This document shows, one piece after another, positions 54,509 through 64,000 of a DNA stretch of 64,000 nucleotides. The stretch covers positions 2,284-66,283 of the forward strand of contig CAYHAM010000001.1 of the NCBI GenBank assembly GCA_964354685.1, written 5' to 3'. Each line of letters starts with the position of its first letter. The first letter of the stretch is position 1. Under the pieces are notes generated by a model. It searched no databases and was not told the DNA's origin. It saw only the letters and a program-made list of their open reading frames with translations. The DNA comes from an uncultured Methanosarcinales archaeon. GTDB taxonomy: Archaea > Nanobdellota > Nanobdellia > Woesearchaeales > JAGVZT01. The translations under genes and the position numbers were made by a program.

Positions 54509-57500
54509 TTGAAGCATCTGATGCTATAAAGGGTTATTTTGAAAAAATAAACAACCAACTAGATCAAGCCTATATAGTTGCAAATGCGGCAAGGAAAAAG
54601 GGTTATGATCCTGAACAAAAGGTTGATATCCCCTTAGCAAGAAATATGGCTGAGCGTGTTGAGGGGCTAATGTCAATCGTGGCACCACAGCTTGTTGGTA
54701 CAAAACTTATTCCAAGAATACATCAATTGGAGAAGGAGTATGGAATACTAGATTGGAGAGTTGCACTTGTAATAGCAGAGGAGGTTGCAAATCAGAAATT
54801 TTGCAAATTCACTGACAAGAGGGAAGCAATAGAGGTTGGAATCAGAACAGGATTCGCATACCACACCTTAGGGATTGTTGCAGCACCTCTTGAGGGTTTT
54901 ATAGGGTTGGCGATAAAAAGAACAAGAGAGGGCAAGGAGTATTTCTCAGCAAGGTATGCAGGCCCTATTAGAGGTGCAGGCGGAACAGCAGAAGCATTTT
55001 CAGTTATCCTTTGTGATTACCTTAGACAAAAGAATGGTTATGCAAAGTATGATCCAGATTCAAATGAGGTGGAGAGGTATGTAACAGAGATCAGGGATTA
55101 CCATGAGCGTGCTACAAATCTGCAATATTATCCCTCTGCAGAAGAGATAAGGTTTTTGATAAAGAATATTCCTATTGAGATCAATGGCGACCCAACAGAA
55201 ACAATAGAAGTTTCAAACTACAAAGATCTACCAAGGGTAGAAACAAATACAGTGCGTGGAGGGGTTTGCTTGGTTATTGCAGAGGGACTTGCTCAAAAGG
55301 CGCCAAAGCTTCTTGCAAGATTGTCTGTGTGGGGGAAGGAGTTTGGTCTTGAATGGGGCTTCTTAGAAGAATTCATAAGATTACAAAAAAGGATAAAGGC
55401 AAAGGAAACAAAAAAAGATGGAGAACAAAAAAAAATAACCCCTAACTTTACATACATATCAGATTTGGTTGCAGGGAGACCTGTTTTAACACACCCCCTA
55501 AGGAATGGGGGTTTTAGGTTGAGGTATGGTCGCAACAGAGTCAGCGGGTATTCTGCAGCATCTATCCACCCAGCAACGCAATATCTTTTGAATAAGTATA
55601 TAGCCATAGGCACTCAACTAAAGGTTGAAAGACCGGGCAAAGCAGCAGCAGTTACAGCTTGCGACTCAATTGACGGACCAATTGTTAAACTAGATGATGG
55701 AAGCGTAATGCAGGTAAATTCAGTTAAGGAAGCGAGAGCAATATCAAAAAGGGTTGAGGAGATATTATACTTGGGAGATATACTCTTTTGTTTTGGTGAT
55801 TTTAGCGAGAACAACCATCTTTTGGTTCCTGCGGGTTATTGCGATGAATGGTGGGTAAAGGAGTTTGAGAAACAGATTGTTAACCTTTTTGGTACACTTG
55901 ATTTGAACAAGGTTGCAGAACTTGCTGAGTTATCTGAACAAGAGGTTGGCCTCCTACTCGAATCCCCTAATAAAAAGAGTACATCAAAGCAATGTATAAA
56001 CGTTGCTAAAAAACTAGACGTCCCCCTACACCCAAAGTATACATATTTTTGGAACACAATAAACCCAGAGGATTTGTTACTGCTGCTTAATTGGTTTGAT
56101 GAATTAAAAATTATTAAGGAAAAACAAGAGATAGATCGTTTTGTTTTGCCATATAAGGAAAAACCAAAAAGAGTGCTTGAGTTATTGGGAATACCCCACC
56201 TTGTTGCGACCAAAGAGTTTGTTGTTATTGAAAAAGAACACGCACAGACTTTAGTTAGCAGTCTAAATCTTGATGAACATACATTGGATGAAGTTAAGGA
56301 AATCGTTACAAAAACAAAAGATAAACCAACACTAGAAATAATCAATCAACTCTCTTCTGTTGAAGTGAGAGACAAGGCAGGAACCTTTATTGGCGCAAGA
56401 ATGGGCAGACCAGAAAAATCTAAAATGAGAAAGCTCACAGGTTCACCCCAAGTCCTGTTTCCTGTTGGAGAAGAGGGAGGTCGCCTTAGGTCCATACAAT
56501 CTGCTTTAGAAAAGGGGACAATTAGCGCAGATTTTCCAACCTTTCTGTGCGAGAATTGCGGCATTGAAACAATATTTAGCGTGTGCGAGAATTGCGGCAA
56601 AAAAACAACTCGAGCCCACATTTGTAGAGTTTGTGGATTAATAAAATCCGAAGAATGCCCCCAACATGGTAAAGCAAAAAGTTTCTCAAATCGTTCTATT
56701 GATATCTCTTATTATTTCAAGAAAAGTTTAGAAACCCTTGGTTTTAGCACTTACCCAGATTTGATAAAAGGAGTTAGAGGAACCTCAAACAAAGACCACA
56801 CACCAGAGCATTTGATAAAAGGGATTCTCAGAGCCAAACACAACATATACGTAAACAAAGACGGCACCACAAGATATGATATGTCAGAGCTTCCAATAAC
56901 ACATTTTAAACCAAAAGAGATTGGGACAAGTGTAGAAAAATTAAACGAAATGGGTTATGAAAAAGATATATATGGCAAAAATTTAAAAGAAGAAGACCAG
57001 CTTCTTGAGATCAAACCCCAAGACATTATTCTTCCCGGAGGCAGAAGCAATCCAGATGAATCAGCATATGATATTCTGTTTAGAGTTGCTAATTTTGTTG
57101 ATGAGGAATTGAAAACACTGTATGGTTTAAAACCATTTTACAACTTAAAAAAAGAGAGAGATATTGTTGGCTCCCTTGTTATAGGCTTAGCACCACACAT
57201 CTCAGCAGGCACTGTTGGTAGAATCATTGGTTTTTCTCTGACCCAAGGATGTTATGCCCACCCATTATGGCATGCTTCCTTAAGAAGAGATTGTGATGGT
57301 GATGAATGTTGTGTTATATTGCTTATGGACGCACTGCTAAATTTTTCAAGACAGTACCTCCCTGACAAAAGAGGGGGCAGAACAATGGATGCCCCACTTG
57401 TGTTGACAACAACAGTTATACCAACAGAGGTTGATGATATGGTACATGGGATGGATATTATGTGGAATTATCCCCTTGATTTTTATGAAGCAGCAGCATC

Positions 57501-58044
57501 TTACAAATACCCTAAAGAGGTCAAGATAGAGCAGCTTGGTTCAAGGCTTGGTACTAAAACACAGTATGAAGGTATGGGTTTTACACATAACACAACAAAC
57601 ATTAACCAAGGAGTGAGATGTTCAGCTTATAAAACCCTTCCAACCATGGAAGAGAAGCTTAAAGGCCAGATGGAACTAGCCCAAAAGATAAGGGCTGTTG
57701 ATGAGAAAGATGTTGCAACATTGGTTATTGAGAAACACTTCTTAAAAGATATAAAAGGTAACCTAAGAAAGTTCTCTATGCAACAATTTCGGTGTGTCAA
57801 ATGTAATGGGAAATATAGAAGACCTCCTTTGATAGGAAAATGCACCAAGTGTGGGGGTAAGATAATATTCACAATCTCAGAAGGCTCTGTTGTAAAATAT
57901 TTAGAGCCAAGCATAAGCCTAGCAAACAAATTTGATGTTCCACCATACCTAAAACAAACACTAGAATTAACCAAAAGAAGGATAGAAGATGTTTTTGGTA
58001 AAGAAAAAGAGAAACAAGAAGGTCTGGGCAGGTGGTTTGGTTAG
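54505..58044 (+). CDS. DNA polymerase II (PolD) large subunit DP2, with no intein evident
   Basis: 1179 aa with DP2 blocks GxxRFxxR-like YGRNRVSGY. C-terminal zinc fingers are CENCG...CENCG and CVKCNGKYRRPPLIGKCTKCGG. Confidence 0.88.
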   Translation: MIEASDAIKGYFEKINNQLDQAYIVANAARKKGYDPEQKVDIPLARNMAERVEGLMSIVAPQLVGTKLIPRIHQLEKEYGILDWRVALVIAEEVANQKFCKFTDKREAIEVGIRTGFAYHTLGIVAAPLEGFIGLAIKRTREGKEYFSARYAGPIRGAGGTAEAFSVILCDYLRQKNGYAKYDPDSNEVERYVTEIRDYHERATNLQYYPSAEEIRFLIKNIPIEINGDPTETIEVSNYKDLPRVETNTVRGGVCLVIAEGLAQKAPKLLARLSVWGKEFGLEWGFLEEFIRLQKRIKAKETKKDGEQKKITPNFTYISDLVAGRPVLTHPLRNGGFRLRYGRNRVSGYSAASIHPATQYLLNKYIAIGTQLKVERPGKAAAVTACDSIDGPIVKLDDGSVMQVNSVKEARAISKRVEEILYLGDILFCFGDFSENNHLLVPAGYCDEWWVKEFEKQIVNLFGTLDLNKVAELAELSEQEVGLLLESPNKKSTSKQCINVAKKLDVPLHPKYTYFWNTINPEDLLLLLNWFDELKIIKEKQEIDRFVLPYKEKPKRVLELLGIPHLVATKEFVVIEKEHAQTLVSSLNLDEHTLDEVKEIVTKTKDKPTLEIINQLSSVEVRDKAGTFIGARMGRPEKSKMRKLTGSPQVLFPVGEEGGRLRSIQSALEKGTISADFPTFLCENCGIETIFSVCENCGKKTTRAHICRVCGLIKSEECPQHGKAKSFSNRSIDISYYFKKSLETLGFSTYPDLIKGVRGTSNKDHTPEHLIKGILRAKHNIYVNKDGTTRYDMSELPITHFKPKEIGTSVEKLNEMGYEKDIYGKNLKEEDQLLEIKPQDIILPGGRSNPDESAYDILFRVANFVDEELKTLYGLKPFYNLKKERDIVGSLVIGLAPHISAGTVGRIIGFSLTQGCYAHPLWHASLRRDCDGDECCVILLMDALLNFSRQYLPDKRGGRTMDAPLVLTTTVIPTEVDDMVHGMDIMWNYPLDFYEAAASYKYPKEVKIEQLGSRLGTKTQYEGMGFTHNTTNINQGVRCSAYKTLPTMEEKLKGQMELAQKIRAVDEKDVATLVIEKHFLKDIKGNLRKFSMQQFRCVKCNGKYRRPPLIGKCTKCGGKIIFTISEGSVVKYLEPSISLANKFDVPPYLKQTLELTKRRIEDVFGKEKEKQEGLGRWFG

Positions 58045-58070
58045 ATTTGTGCAATTATAAGATGCCTTTT

Positions 58071-58364
58071 TTAAAATCTCGCCATATAAGCATAAGGTAT
58101 CCCTTTGATTTTGCCAATCTTGTTTTTATCAACAATACCATCTCTCAAACAACAATCAACAGAGTCTTTACCAACAGCATTGATGATATGGGCCTTTCCT
58201 ATTAATTCTATAACTGCCGCTTTTTCCATTTTCTTACCATTGTAAAAGCTAGATGCTAAATCTAGTTGTTTTTCTCCTTCTTCATACTTGTTTCCAATAA
58301 GTTCATTATCACATATTGCTAGAATTAGTTTATTATCACTCGAGATATGGGTCTTAACAATCAT
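58071..58364 (-). CDS. DUF424-family protein
   Basis: LILAICDNELIGNKYEEGEKQLDLASSFYNG...GIPYA matches the archaeal DUF424 pattern. The start may be at 58400. Confidence 0.45.
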   Translation of the reverse strand: MIVKTHISSDNKLILAICDNELIGNKYEEGEKQLDLASSFYNGKKMEKAAVIELIGKAHIINAVGKDSVDCCLRDGIVDKNKIGKIKGIPYAYMARF

Positions 58365-58365
58365 T

Positions 58366-58782
58366 TTACAACTTTGTCTTAACAGGATGCCTAGCACCAC
58401 AAGCTAAGCATCTAATAAACAACACCCTCTCTTCTTTTACAAGCTTTGTGTCAGGCCTCTTGCATTCTTTGCATATTACAAACTCTTTTGCATACTGTTG
58501 TATTTTCTCATTAATCATAGAAGCAGAAACTTTCCTACCAAAAATAACCCCTTTCTTCTTTATTTCACCAGGCGTGGCAAGCTCTTTAAGAACATATTTC
58601 AAAAGATGTTCAGGTTCTCTTCTTAGAGCAGCAGCAATCTGGTTGAAGTTGCTTATTATTGTTCTATTACCTTGTATATGCCCCCTAACCAAAGGTATCT
58701 CAAATCTGCTTGTTTCTTTTGCAGAATTAGGCAATTCTTTTTTTGCTCTCTTTAATAACTCTTCATAATCCATATTAACCAA
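58366..58782 (-). CDS. eif2b: Translation initiation factor 2 beta subunit (aIF2-beta)
   Basis: MDYEELLKRAKKELP...LKELATPG...FVICKECKRPDT...CLACGA is the C4 zinc ribbon. Confidence 0.85.
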   Translation of the reverse strand: MVNMDYEELLKRAKKELPNSAKETSRFEIPLVRGHIQGNRTIISNFNQIAAALRREPEHLLKYVLKELATPGEIKKKGVIFGRKVSASMINEKIQQYAKEFVICKECKRPDTKLVKEERVLFIRCLACGARHPVKTKL

Positions 58783-58882
58783 CGATAAAGGGAACTAAAA
58801 GGAGTATTTAAAAGTTGTGTGTCATGGCATATAGGCACATAAACCAAAAATTTTATAAACCTCTTGCCTGAAGTAAAGAGCC

Positions 58883-59734
58883 ATGGTGTTAGAATCATTA
58901 ACAAACCCTTTGCAAGCAGAAAGAAACCCATTCAACATGATATTCCTTGGGTTCCTTTACGCGTCTGTTGCACTTTTTGTCAGTCTGTGGATATTTCGAG
59001 ACCAAGCAAGCCTTGTGATGGTTTTTTTAACAGTTATGGCTTGCATTCCTTTGTTTTATAACACACTCAAATTGGAGGAGAAAAAAGATATTACTATAGA
59101 AAAAGAGAGCGTCCTGTTAAAAGAACATGGTAAGGCTTTAGAATTTCTTATGTTCTTGTTTGTGGGTTTTACACTTGCTTTCGCAATTTGGTATGTTTTT
59201 CTACCCTCAGACCTTCTTCAGAATGCATTCTCCACCCAGACTCAAACAATATTGCAAATAAACTCAGGTGTTACTGGAAATGCTATGATAAAGTTCGGTG
59301 TTTTTAGTAAGATATTATTCAATAATATTAAGGTTTTGATATTCTGTTTGTTGTTCGCATTTCTTTATGGTGTCGGAGCCATATTTATTCTAACATGGAA
59401 TGCCTCGGTCATAGGGGTTGCTATAGGAAACTTTGTTAGGACAAACATAAGCACTCTTGCAGAAACGCACAATCTGTTTATAGTTGGTAATTATCTCCAT
59501 ATCTTTTCTCTTGGTTTGTTGAGATACGCAATACATGGCATACCAGAAATACTTTCTTATTTTGTAGGTGGTTTGGCAGGAGGAATAATTTCAATCGCTG
59601 TTATAAGGCATGACTTTGGAACAAAGAAGTTTGAGCACATAGTGCTTGACTCATCAGAATTAATAATCTTGTCATTGGTACTTTTGTTTGTTGGTGCACT
59701 TCTAGAAGTGTATGTAACACCTTTATTATTCTAA
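58883..59734 (+). CDS. SpoIIM/DUF95-family membrane protein
   Basis: Six to seven TM helices with ILFNNIKVLIFCLL...YGVGAIFIL typical of DUF95. Confidence 0.45.
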   Translation: MVLESLTNPLQAERNPFNMIFLGFLYASVALFVSLWIFRDQASLVMVFLTVMACIPLFYNTLKLEEKKDITIEKESVLLKEHGKALEFLMFLFVGFTLAFAIWYVFLPSDLLQNAFSTQTQTILQINSGVTGNAMIKFGVFSKILFNNIKVLIFCLLFAFLYGVGAIFILTWNASVIGVAIGNFVRTNISTLAETHNLFIVGNYLHIFSLGLLRYAIHGIPEILSYFVGGLAGGIISIAVIRHDFGTKKFEHIVLDSSELIILSLVLLFVGALLEVYVTPLLF

Positions 59735-60385
59735 TACTTTTAATTTACCTTTTTTGATCTCAAATATCTCCCCTTCTTCTAAAAGGGAGTTTATCACCTC
59801 TTCACAATCCTTTACTTTTGCCTCTTCTATTATATTTTCAATTTCAGCACCGTCTCCCTTGTCAAGAGCTTTGATAAGTTGATAAACCTCTTGTTTTGGA
59901 TTTTTGTTCTCTTCTTTAACATAAGTAGTTGGCTTCTCTTTTACAGCATCTGCTTCAGAAGTAGAGGCTACTTTTCCATACCTCAATCCAAAAGTTTCTA
60001 ACTCTTTTTGTCTAACATTAACCCATTTTGTGTTTTCTATTTTTTTGATTATTTCTGGTAATATATACTTCAACTCTCCAAATTCTCTTGGCTTACCAAT
60101 TACCATAATCAAATCCCCTATCTCAAAACCCCCCATTATTTTTGCATCCTCAAATGTTCTTAGGGAGATGCTTCCTGTTCCATCATCTATTAGCATTGTC
60201 TTCTGATTTTGAGCATTCTCTTGTATAGAAACAATGGCGGCCATAATGTTGGCTCTGGAGATGTGCCTGCCTTCTTTGGTTAAAACATAGTTGGGTTGCC
60301 AACCATCTTGTTTGACATATTCCCCCTCAACAAGATCCTTTACACTTACCTTGTGTGCAATCTGTCTTTTTTGTATATCGGCCAT
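59726..60385 (-). CDS. OB-fold plus C-terminal winged-helix protein, RPA32-like (putative ssDNA-binding replication factor)
   Basis: ANIMAAIVSIQE...MLIDDGTGSISLRTFED...GDLIMVIGKPREF is an OB fold. The C-terminal wH is VYQLIKALDKGDGAEIENIIE. It lies immediately downstream of mcm. Confidence 0.4.
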   Translation of the reverse strand: MADIQKRQIAHKVSVKDLVEGEYVKQDGWQPNYVLTKEGRHISRANIMAAIVSIQENAQNQKTMLIDDGTGSISLRTFEDAKIMGGFEIGDLIMVIGKPREFGELKYILPEIIKKIENTKWVNVRQKELETFGLRYGKVASTSEADAVKEKPTTYVKEENKNPKQEVYQLIKALDKGDGAEIENIIEEAKVKDCEEVINSLLEEGEIFEIKKGKLKVLE

Positions 60386-60394
60386 TTTATAGTA

Positions 60395-62422
60395 TTATAT
60401 CTTTTGTATAAAACCTCTTCTAGGTTCAAATAGATCACCAGAGCGTTTAAGCTTCTCTAACACCTCTTCAACCTCTGTTTCATCAATCCCTTTTTCAGAG
60501 GCATCTCTCAAAATATCATCAAGAGGTATTGTTTTGCCAATCCTGTTCTCAAGATCAGTTATTATCTCCTTAATCTGCACAATTTTGCTTCTTTCTGTTG
60601 CGGTTACACCTGTTGTTATTCTATCAATATCTATTCTCCCGCCCTCCTTATCTACACCCACTTGTGTTAGGCAGTAGTGTAAGAGATTTATTGCTCGTTT
60701 TGCATCTTTTCTAGTAACAGTTTTGGATAATCTAACCTTTGCAGAAGCCTCTGCCAATCTAACCAAGGCCTCAAGTTGTCTAGGGCTTATAGGGATGGCC
60801 CTTACAATATCCTCTTCAGATGAGCCTTGGTTTCTCAGGTCAACATAATACTTTTTAATCTCTTCTAATGCAACATCACTTAGAACAGGAAAAATATTCT
60901 GTTTAGCATAAGAGATGTATTTCTTTAACATCTTTGTTTCAATTTCCGGTTCAATCGCTTCTAAGTTTTGGTGTAGGTTTAGTATGAACCTTGCCATCTT
61001 TTCATCAGTTTCCAAATTAGGCAGGTCTTTCATGGGAAAGATTAGATCAAACCTGTTGATTAGCGTGGGAGGCATATCTATTTGTTTTGCCAGGATATCA
61101 TAAGGATCAAACCTTCCAAATTTTGGATTGGCTGCTGCTAATACAGTTGTTTGCGCAAGCAATGTTGCTTGAATGTTTGCTTTTGAGATAGTTATTGTTT
61201 GTTGCTCTAAAGCTTCGTGCATTGCAGACCTGTCATCTGGTCCCATCTTATCTAACTCATCAATACAACATATCCCTCTATTGGCTAGGACAAGTGCACC
61301 GGCTTCTAATGCATAACCCCTTAGAAACTCATCCCTTACAACAGATGCTGTTAATCCAACACCTGTTGCACCCTTTCCACTTACATACCTTCCTTTTGGT
61401 GCAACAATTCTTACCCTTTTTAGGAGCTGTGATTTGCCTGAGCCAGGGTCTCCAATTAACAATATGTGCATGTCTCCTCTTGTTACAACACCATCACTTC
61501 TCTCTTTTTGCACACCACTGAATAGCTGTAGAAGCAAGGCTTCTTTCACAGTTTCATACCCATAAATAGAAGGAGCAATGGATTCTATCATCCTCTCATA
61601 AATTTTTGGGTCTTTTGACAGATCTAAAATCTCTTTCTTTTCCTCTTCTGTTATTGTTATTTGAGTATAATCCTCTTCAAGCGCCTCAACAAAATTAGAT
61701 TCAACAACAAGATCATATCTTGTTGATGTGCCGCCTGTTCTCAAGGGAATTGGAACCTCTTTTATTGCACCAACAATCCTGATTCTTGATCCAGGGTTTG
61801 TTCTTTTCTCGGTTATTGGGCTGACAAGGTCTTCTTTTAGGAAAACACTTACTCGCTTTGGTTGTTCGCCACCCTCGAGATTCTCTGGCGATTCCTCTAA
61901 CACAATACGCTGGGCATCAACAAGCTCTTTGCTTATGATCCTGAATTTACCCTTCCTACCACAACCACATCTTGTTGGTTCTCTAAACTGTGTGCTAATC
62001 TGTAAAACAGAGATTATATTCCCACAACTAGGACACTCAAACCTTGTTGATACAACTTGTGGCCTAACATCAGATTTTTGCCTTACAATACCCTCAATAA
62101 CAACAAGCTTGTTAAGGTGTTTGCTCCTTATATCCCTAATCCTAATCTCTTGGTTTTTTGGGATGTTCCTAAATCTTACCCTAAATTGCTCAGATATCTC
62201 CTCAGGCAAGTCAAATTGCTCTATTGCAAGTTCAGCAGCTTTTATCACCTCTTCTGGTTGTTCAAGCAACTCTTCTGAAAGCCTTGGGTCAAATCTAAGC
62301 AAATCAGAAAAATCTACAACAACAAATCTCTTGCCAGATTGGGCATTTTTTAAAATTTGAGGTTTGTAGCTAGCTTCAAAGAATTCCTCGAGCTTCTTTA
62401 TCTGCTCAGCAGCATCCATCAT
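60395..62422 (-). CDS. mcm: MCM replicative helicase
   Basis: Zinc finger CPSCGN...C...CGC, Walker A LLIGDPGSGKSQLL, Walker B CCIDELDKM, and an arginine finger. Confidence 0.9.
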   Translation of the reverse strand: MMDAAEQIKKLEEFFEASYKPQILKNAQSGKRFVVVDFSDLLRFDPRLSEELLEQPEEVIKAAELAIEQFDLPEEISEQFRVRFRNIPKNQEIRIRDIRSKHLNKLVVIEGIVRQKSDVRPQVVSTRFECPSCGNIISVLQISTQFREPTRCGCGRKGKFRIISKELVDAQRIVLEESPENLEGGEQPKRVSVFLKEDLVSPITEKRTNPGSRIRIVGAIKEVPIPLRTGGTSTRYDLVVESNFVEALEEDYTQITITEEEKKEILDLSKDPKIYERMIESIAPSIYGYETVKEALLLQLFSGVQKERSDGVVTRGDMHILLIGDPGSGKSQLLKRVRIVAPKGRYVSGKGATGVGLTASVVRDEFLRGYALEAGALVLANRGICCIDELDKMGPDDRSAMHEALEQQTITISKANIQATLLAQTTVLAAANPKFGRFDPYDILAKQIDMPPTLINRFDLIFPMKDLPNLETDEKMARFILNLHQNLEAIEPEIETKMLKKYISYAKQNIFPVLSDVALEEIKKYYVDLRNQGSSEEDIVRAIPISPRQLEALVRLAEASAKVRLSKTVTRKDAKRAINLLHYCLTQVGVDKEGGRIDIDRITTGVTATERSKIVQIKEIITDLENRIGKTIPLDDILRDASEKGIDETEVEEVLEKLKRSGDLFEPRRGFIQKI

Positions 62423-62433
62423 GCCCCCTCTTT

Positions 62434-62997
62434 TTATGAGACCTTTTTCAGGTTTTTAATAAGCATGTCTAGTGCAGCATGCACTTCCTCTTCGCTCTTA
62501 GTCCCTGTACATACAACCTTACCATTGCTGAACAATAAGAAAGTGGCTTTTGCATCAATCAATTTGTAAACCAGCCCCGGGAACTGCTCTGGCTCGTACT
62601 CTGTGTTCTTTAGCTTCATTGCTAGGGTGTTTAAGTTGAGGTCCATACCAACAGTTCCAGAAGCAACAATATTCTGGATCTTTATCTTCGGTTTCACTGT
62701 CACTTTAACATCTATCTTCTCTAGACTCTTTATTATCTTCTTTATTGATTCCTCTACCTTGTCCATTGACTTTGCACCAGTACAAACAACCTTACCAGAG
62801 CTAAAGATGAGTGCAGATGTCTTTGGCTCTTTTATCCTAATAACAAGCCCCGGGAACTGCTCTGGGTTGTACTCTGTATTAGGTAGTGTAGCAGCCATCT
62901 TCTCAAGAGGTATATCCTGCTCAAGAGAGGTGCTAACAACGATATTAACAACTTTTATGTCTTTTTTGCCCATATTCATCCCCCCAATTTTAATCAA
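62434..62997 (-). CDS. tbp: TATA-box-binding protein
   Basis: Two direct repeats NIVVSTSLEQDIPLEKMA...EYNPEQFPGLVIRI and NIVASGTVGMDLNLNTLA...EYEPEQFPGLVYKL. Confidence 0.88.
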   Translation of the reverse strand: MIKIGGMNMGKKDIKVVNIVVSTSLEQDIPLEKMAATLPNTEYNPEQFPGLVIRIKEPKTSALIFSSGKVVCTGAKSMDKVEESIKKIIKSLEKIDVKVTVKPKIKIQNIVASGTVGMDLNLNTLAMKLKNTEYEPEQFPGLVYKLIDAKATFLLFSNGKVVCTGTKSEEEVHAALDMLIKNLKKVS

Positions 62998-63000
62998 GTT

Positions 63001-63020
63001 TCAGAAATTATGATTTCTGA
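63001..63020. promoter_or_regulatory. Palindrome TCAGAAAT-TATG-ATTTCTGA in the TBP / cysteine desulfurase divergent promoter region. It belongs to the GAAAT...ATTTC family.
   Basis: Seen in the sequence, 4 bp upstream of the tbp start codon. Confidence 0.4.
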
Positions 63021-63322
63021 TCATAAAATTAGATTTATATACCCCTTTATAAATGAAGCTTTATTTATAAATACTCTTATTTTTAAATGATATTTTAAAA
63101 ACATATATTTTTTAAAGGATATGCCTCCTTTGTTTCTCATGAAACTCTTTAATCTTACGCCCCCAAACCCGAAGATTTTGCGGTTTGATATATAATATTA
63201 AAAACCACCTTTATTTCCTATGGAAATTTAGCAGATTTATAGCCCCTAATCATTATTATCAAAATTATATTTTATAAAATATATTTTATTAAACAAAAAG
63301 TTTATATACAACTTAACAATTG

Positions 63323-64000
63323 TTAATTCTTTATGAAAGTATATCTTGATAATGGTGCAACCACAATGGTTGCTAAGGAGGTTCTTAATGTAATGCAACC
63401 ATATTTCACAAAAAGATATGGTAATGCATCATCTTTGCATAGTTTTGGTCAAGAGGCACAGCACGCCTTAGATAAGGCCAGAGAAACAATTGCTAAGTTG
63501 ATAAATGCAGAACCAGAAGAGGTTATATTCACTTCTGGAGGCACAGAATCAGATAATCTTGCTATAAAAGGAATTGCTTATGCTAACAAAGACAAAGGCA
63601 ACCACATAATAACAACCAATTTTGAGCACCATGCTGTTGAAGAAGCATGTAAATCATTAGAAAAAGAGGGTTTTAATGTAACTTGGTTGGATGTTACAAA
63701 AGAGGGATTTGTAAAACCAGAGGATGTAAAAAAAGCAATAACAAGGCAAACAATCATGGTTAGTGTTATGCATGCCAATAATGAAATAGGAACAATACAA
63801 CCCATTGCAGAGATTGGTAAAATCTGCTCAGAAAAAAGGGTTTATTTTCATACAGACGCTGTTCAGAGTCTTACAAAAACACCCATTGATGTTAAAAAAA
63901 TGCATATTGATCTAGCCTCTTTTTCTAGCCATAAGATCCATGGCCCAAAAGGAGTTGGTGCACTTTACATAAAAAAAGGCACAAAAATAAAGCCCCAAGC
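63323..64000 (+). CDS. Cysteine desulfurase (IscS/NifS-like), N-terminal part; the 3' end runs off the window
   Basis: MKVYLDNGATTMVAKEVLNVMQPYFTKRYGNASSLHSFG...FTSGGTESDN...SFSSHKIHGPKGVGALY contains the PLP-lysine motif SSHK. Confidence 0.8.

Noticed and set aside
1-64000. CRISPR arrays, cas genes, transposases/integrases, and a reverse transcriptase with template/variable repeats (DGR)
   Set aside because: No regularly spaced direct repeats, no RT (the YVDD in 28220..29149 is the SDR/UXS motif), and no transposase or integrase ORFs were seen.

Overview
This is a 64-kb window of AT-rich (roughly one-third GC) archaeal chromosome. The gene content points to an archaeon, and the AT-richness together with many membrane-anchored or secreted orphan proteins suggests a DPANN-type lineage; that lineage assignment is inference only. 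Supporting genes are archaeal-type PheS/PheT, TBP, TFE, histone, Alba, PolD, Orc1/Cdc6, MCM, Hjc and aIF2-beta.

The window is gene-dense and mostly housekeeping:
- Replication: an island running candidate oriC, cdc6, PolD small subunit, PolD large subunit, then further along MCM, an RPA32-like OB-fold protein and TBP. RFC small subunit, Hjc and a partial GyrA lie elsewhere in the window.
- Ribosomal proteins: L35Ae, L34e, L14e and S17e.
- Other translation and RNA-processing genes: PheST, ProRS, Pelota, a short NFACT/RqcH-like protein, a Fap7-type kinase and RNase Z.
- Nucleotide-sugar cluster: Ugd, UXS, an epimerase and two nucleotidyltransferases.
- Paralogs: two TrmB regulators and three lipoproteins with CARDB-like repeats.
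- Stable RNAs: a stand-alone 5S rRNA and three tRNAs (Trp, Arg, Gly). Every tRNA has an intron at the same non-canonical T-loop position, with a conserved GAAAGT 3' end. Trp and Gly also carry a canonical 37/38 intron.
- Novel-looking sequence features: a family of GAAA(A)TTC-type palindromes clustered upstream of the RFC operon and recurring near the 5S gene and the TBP promoter; an oriC-like AT-rich region with inverted TTCTTGTG elements upstream of cdc6; and a 46-aa RpoP-like zinc ribbon ORF missing from the ORF track.
- Orphan genes: a secreted-protein operon with a possible lysozyme-like domain, a 496-aa hypothetical, and a cysteine-rich secreted protein.

No CRISPR array, transposase or integrase was seen.
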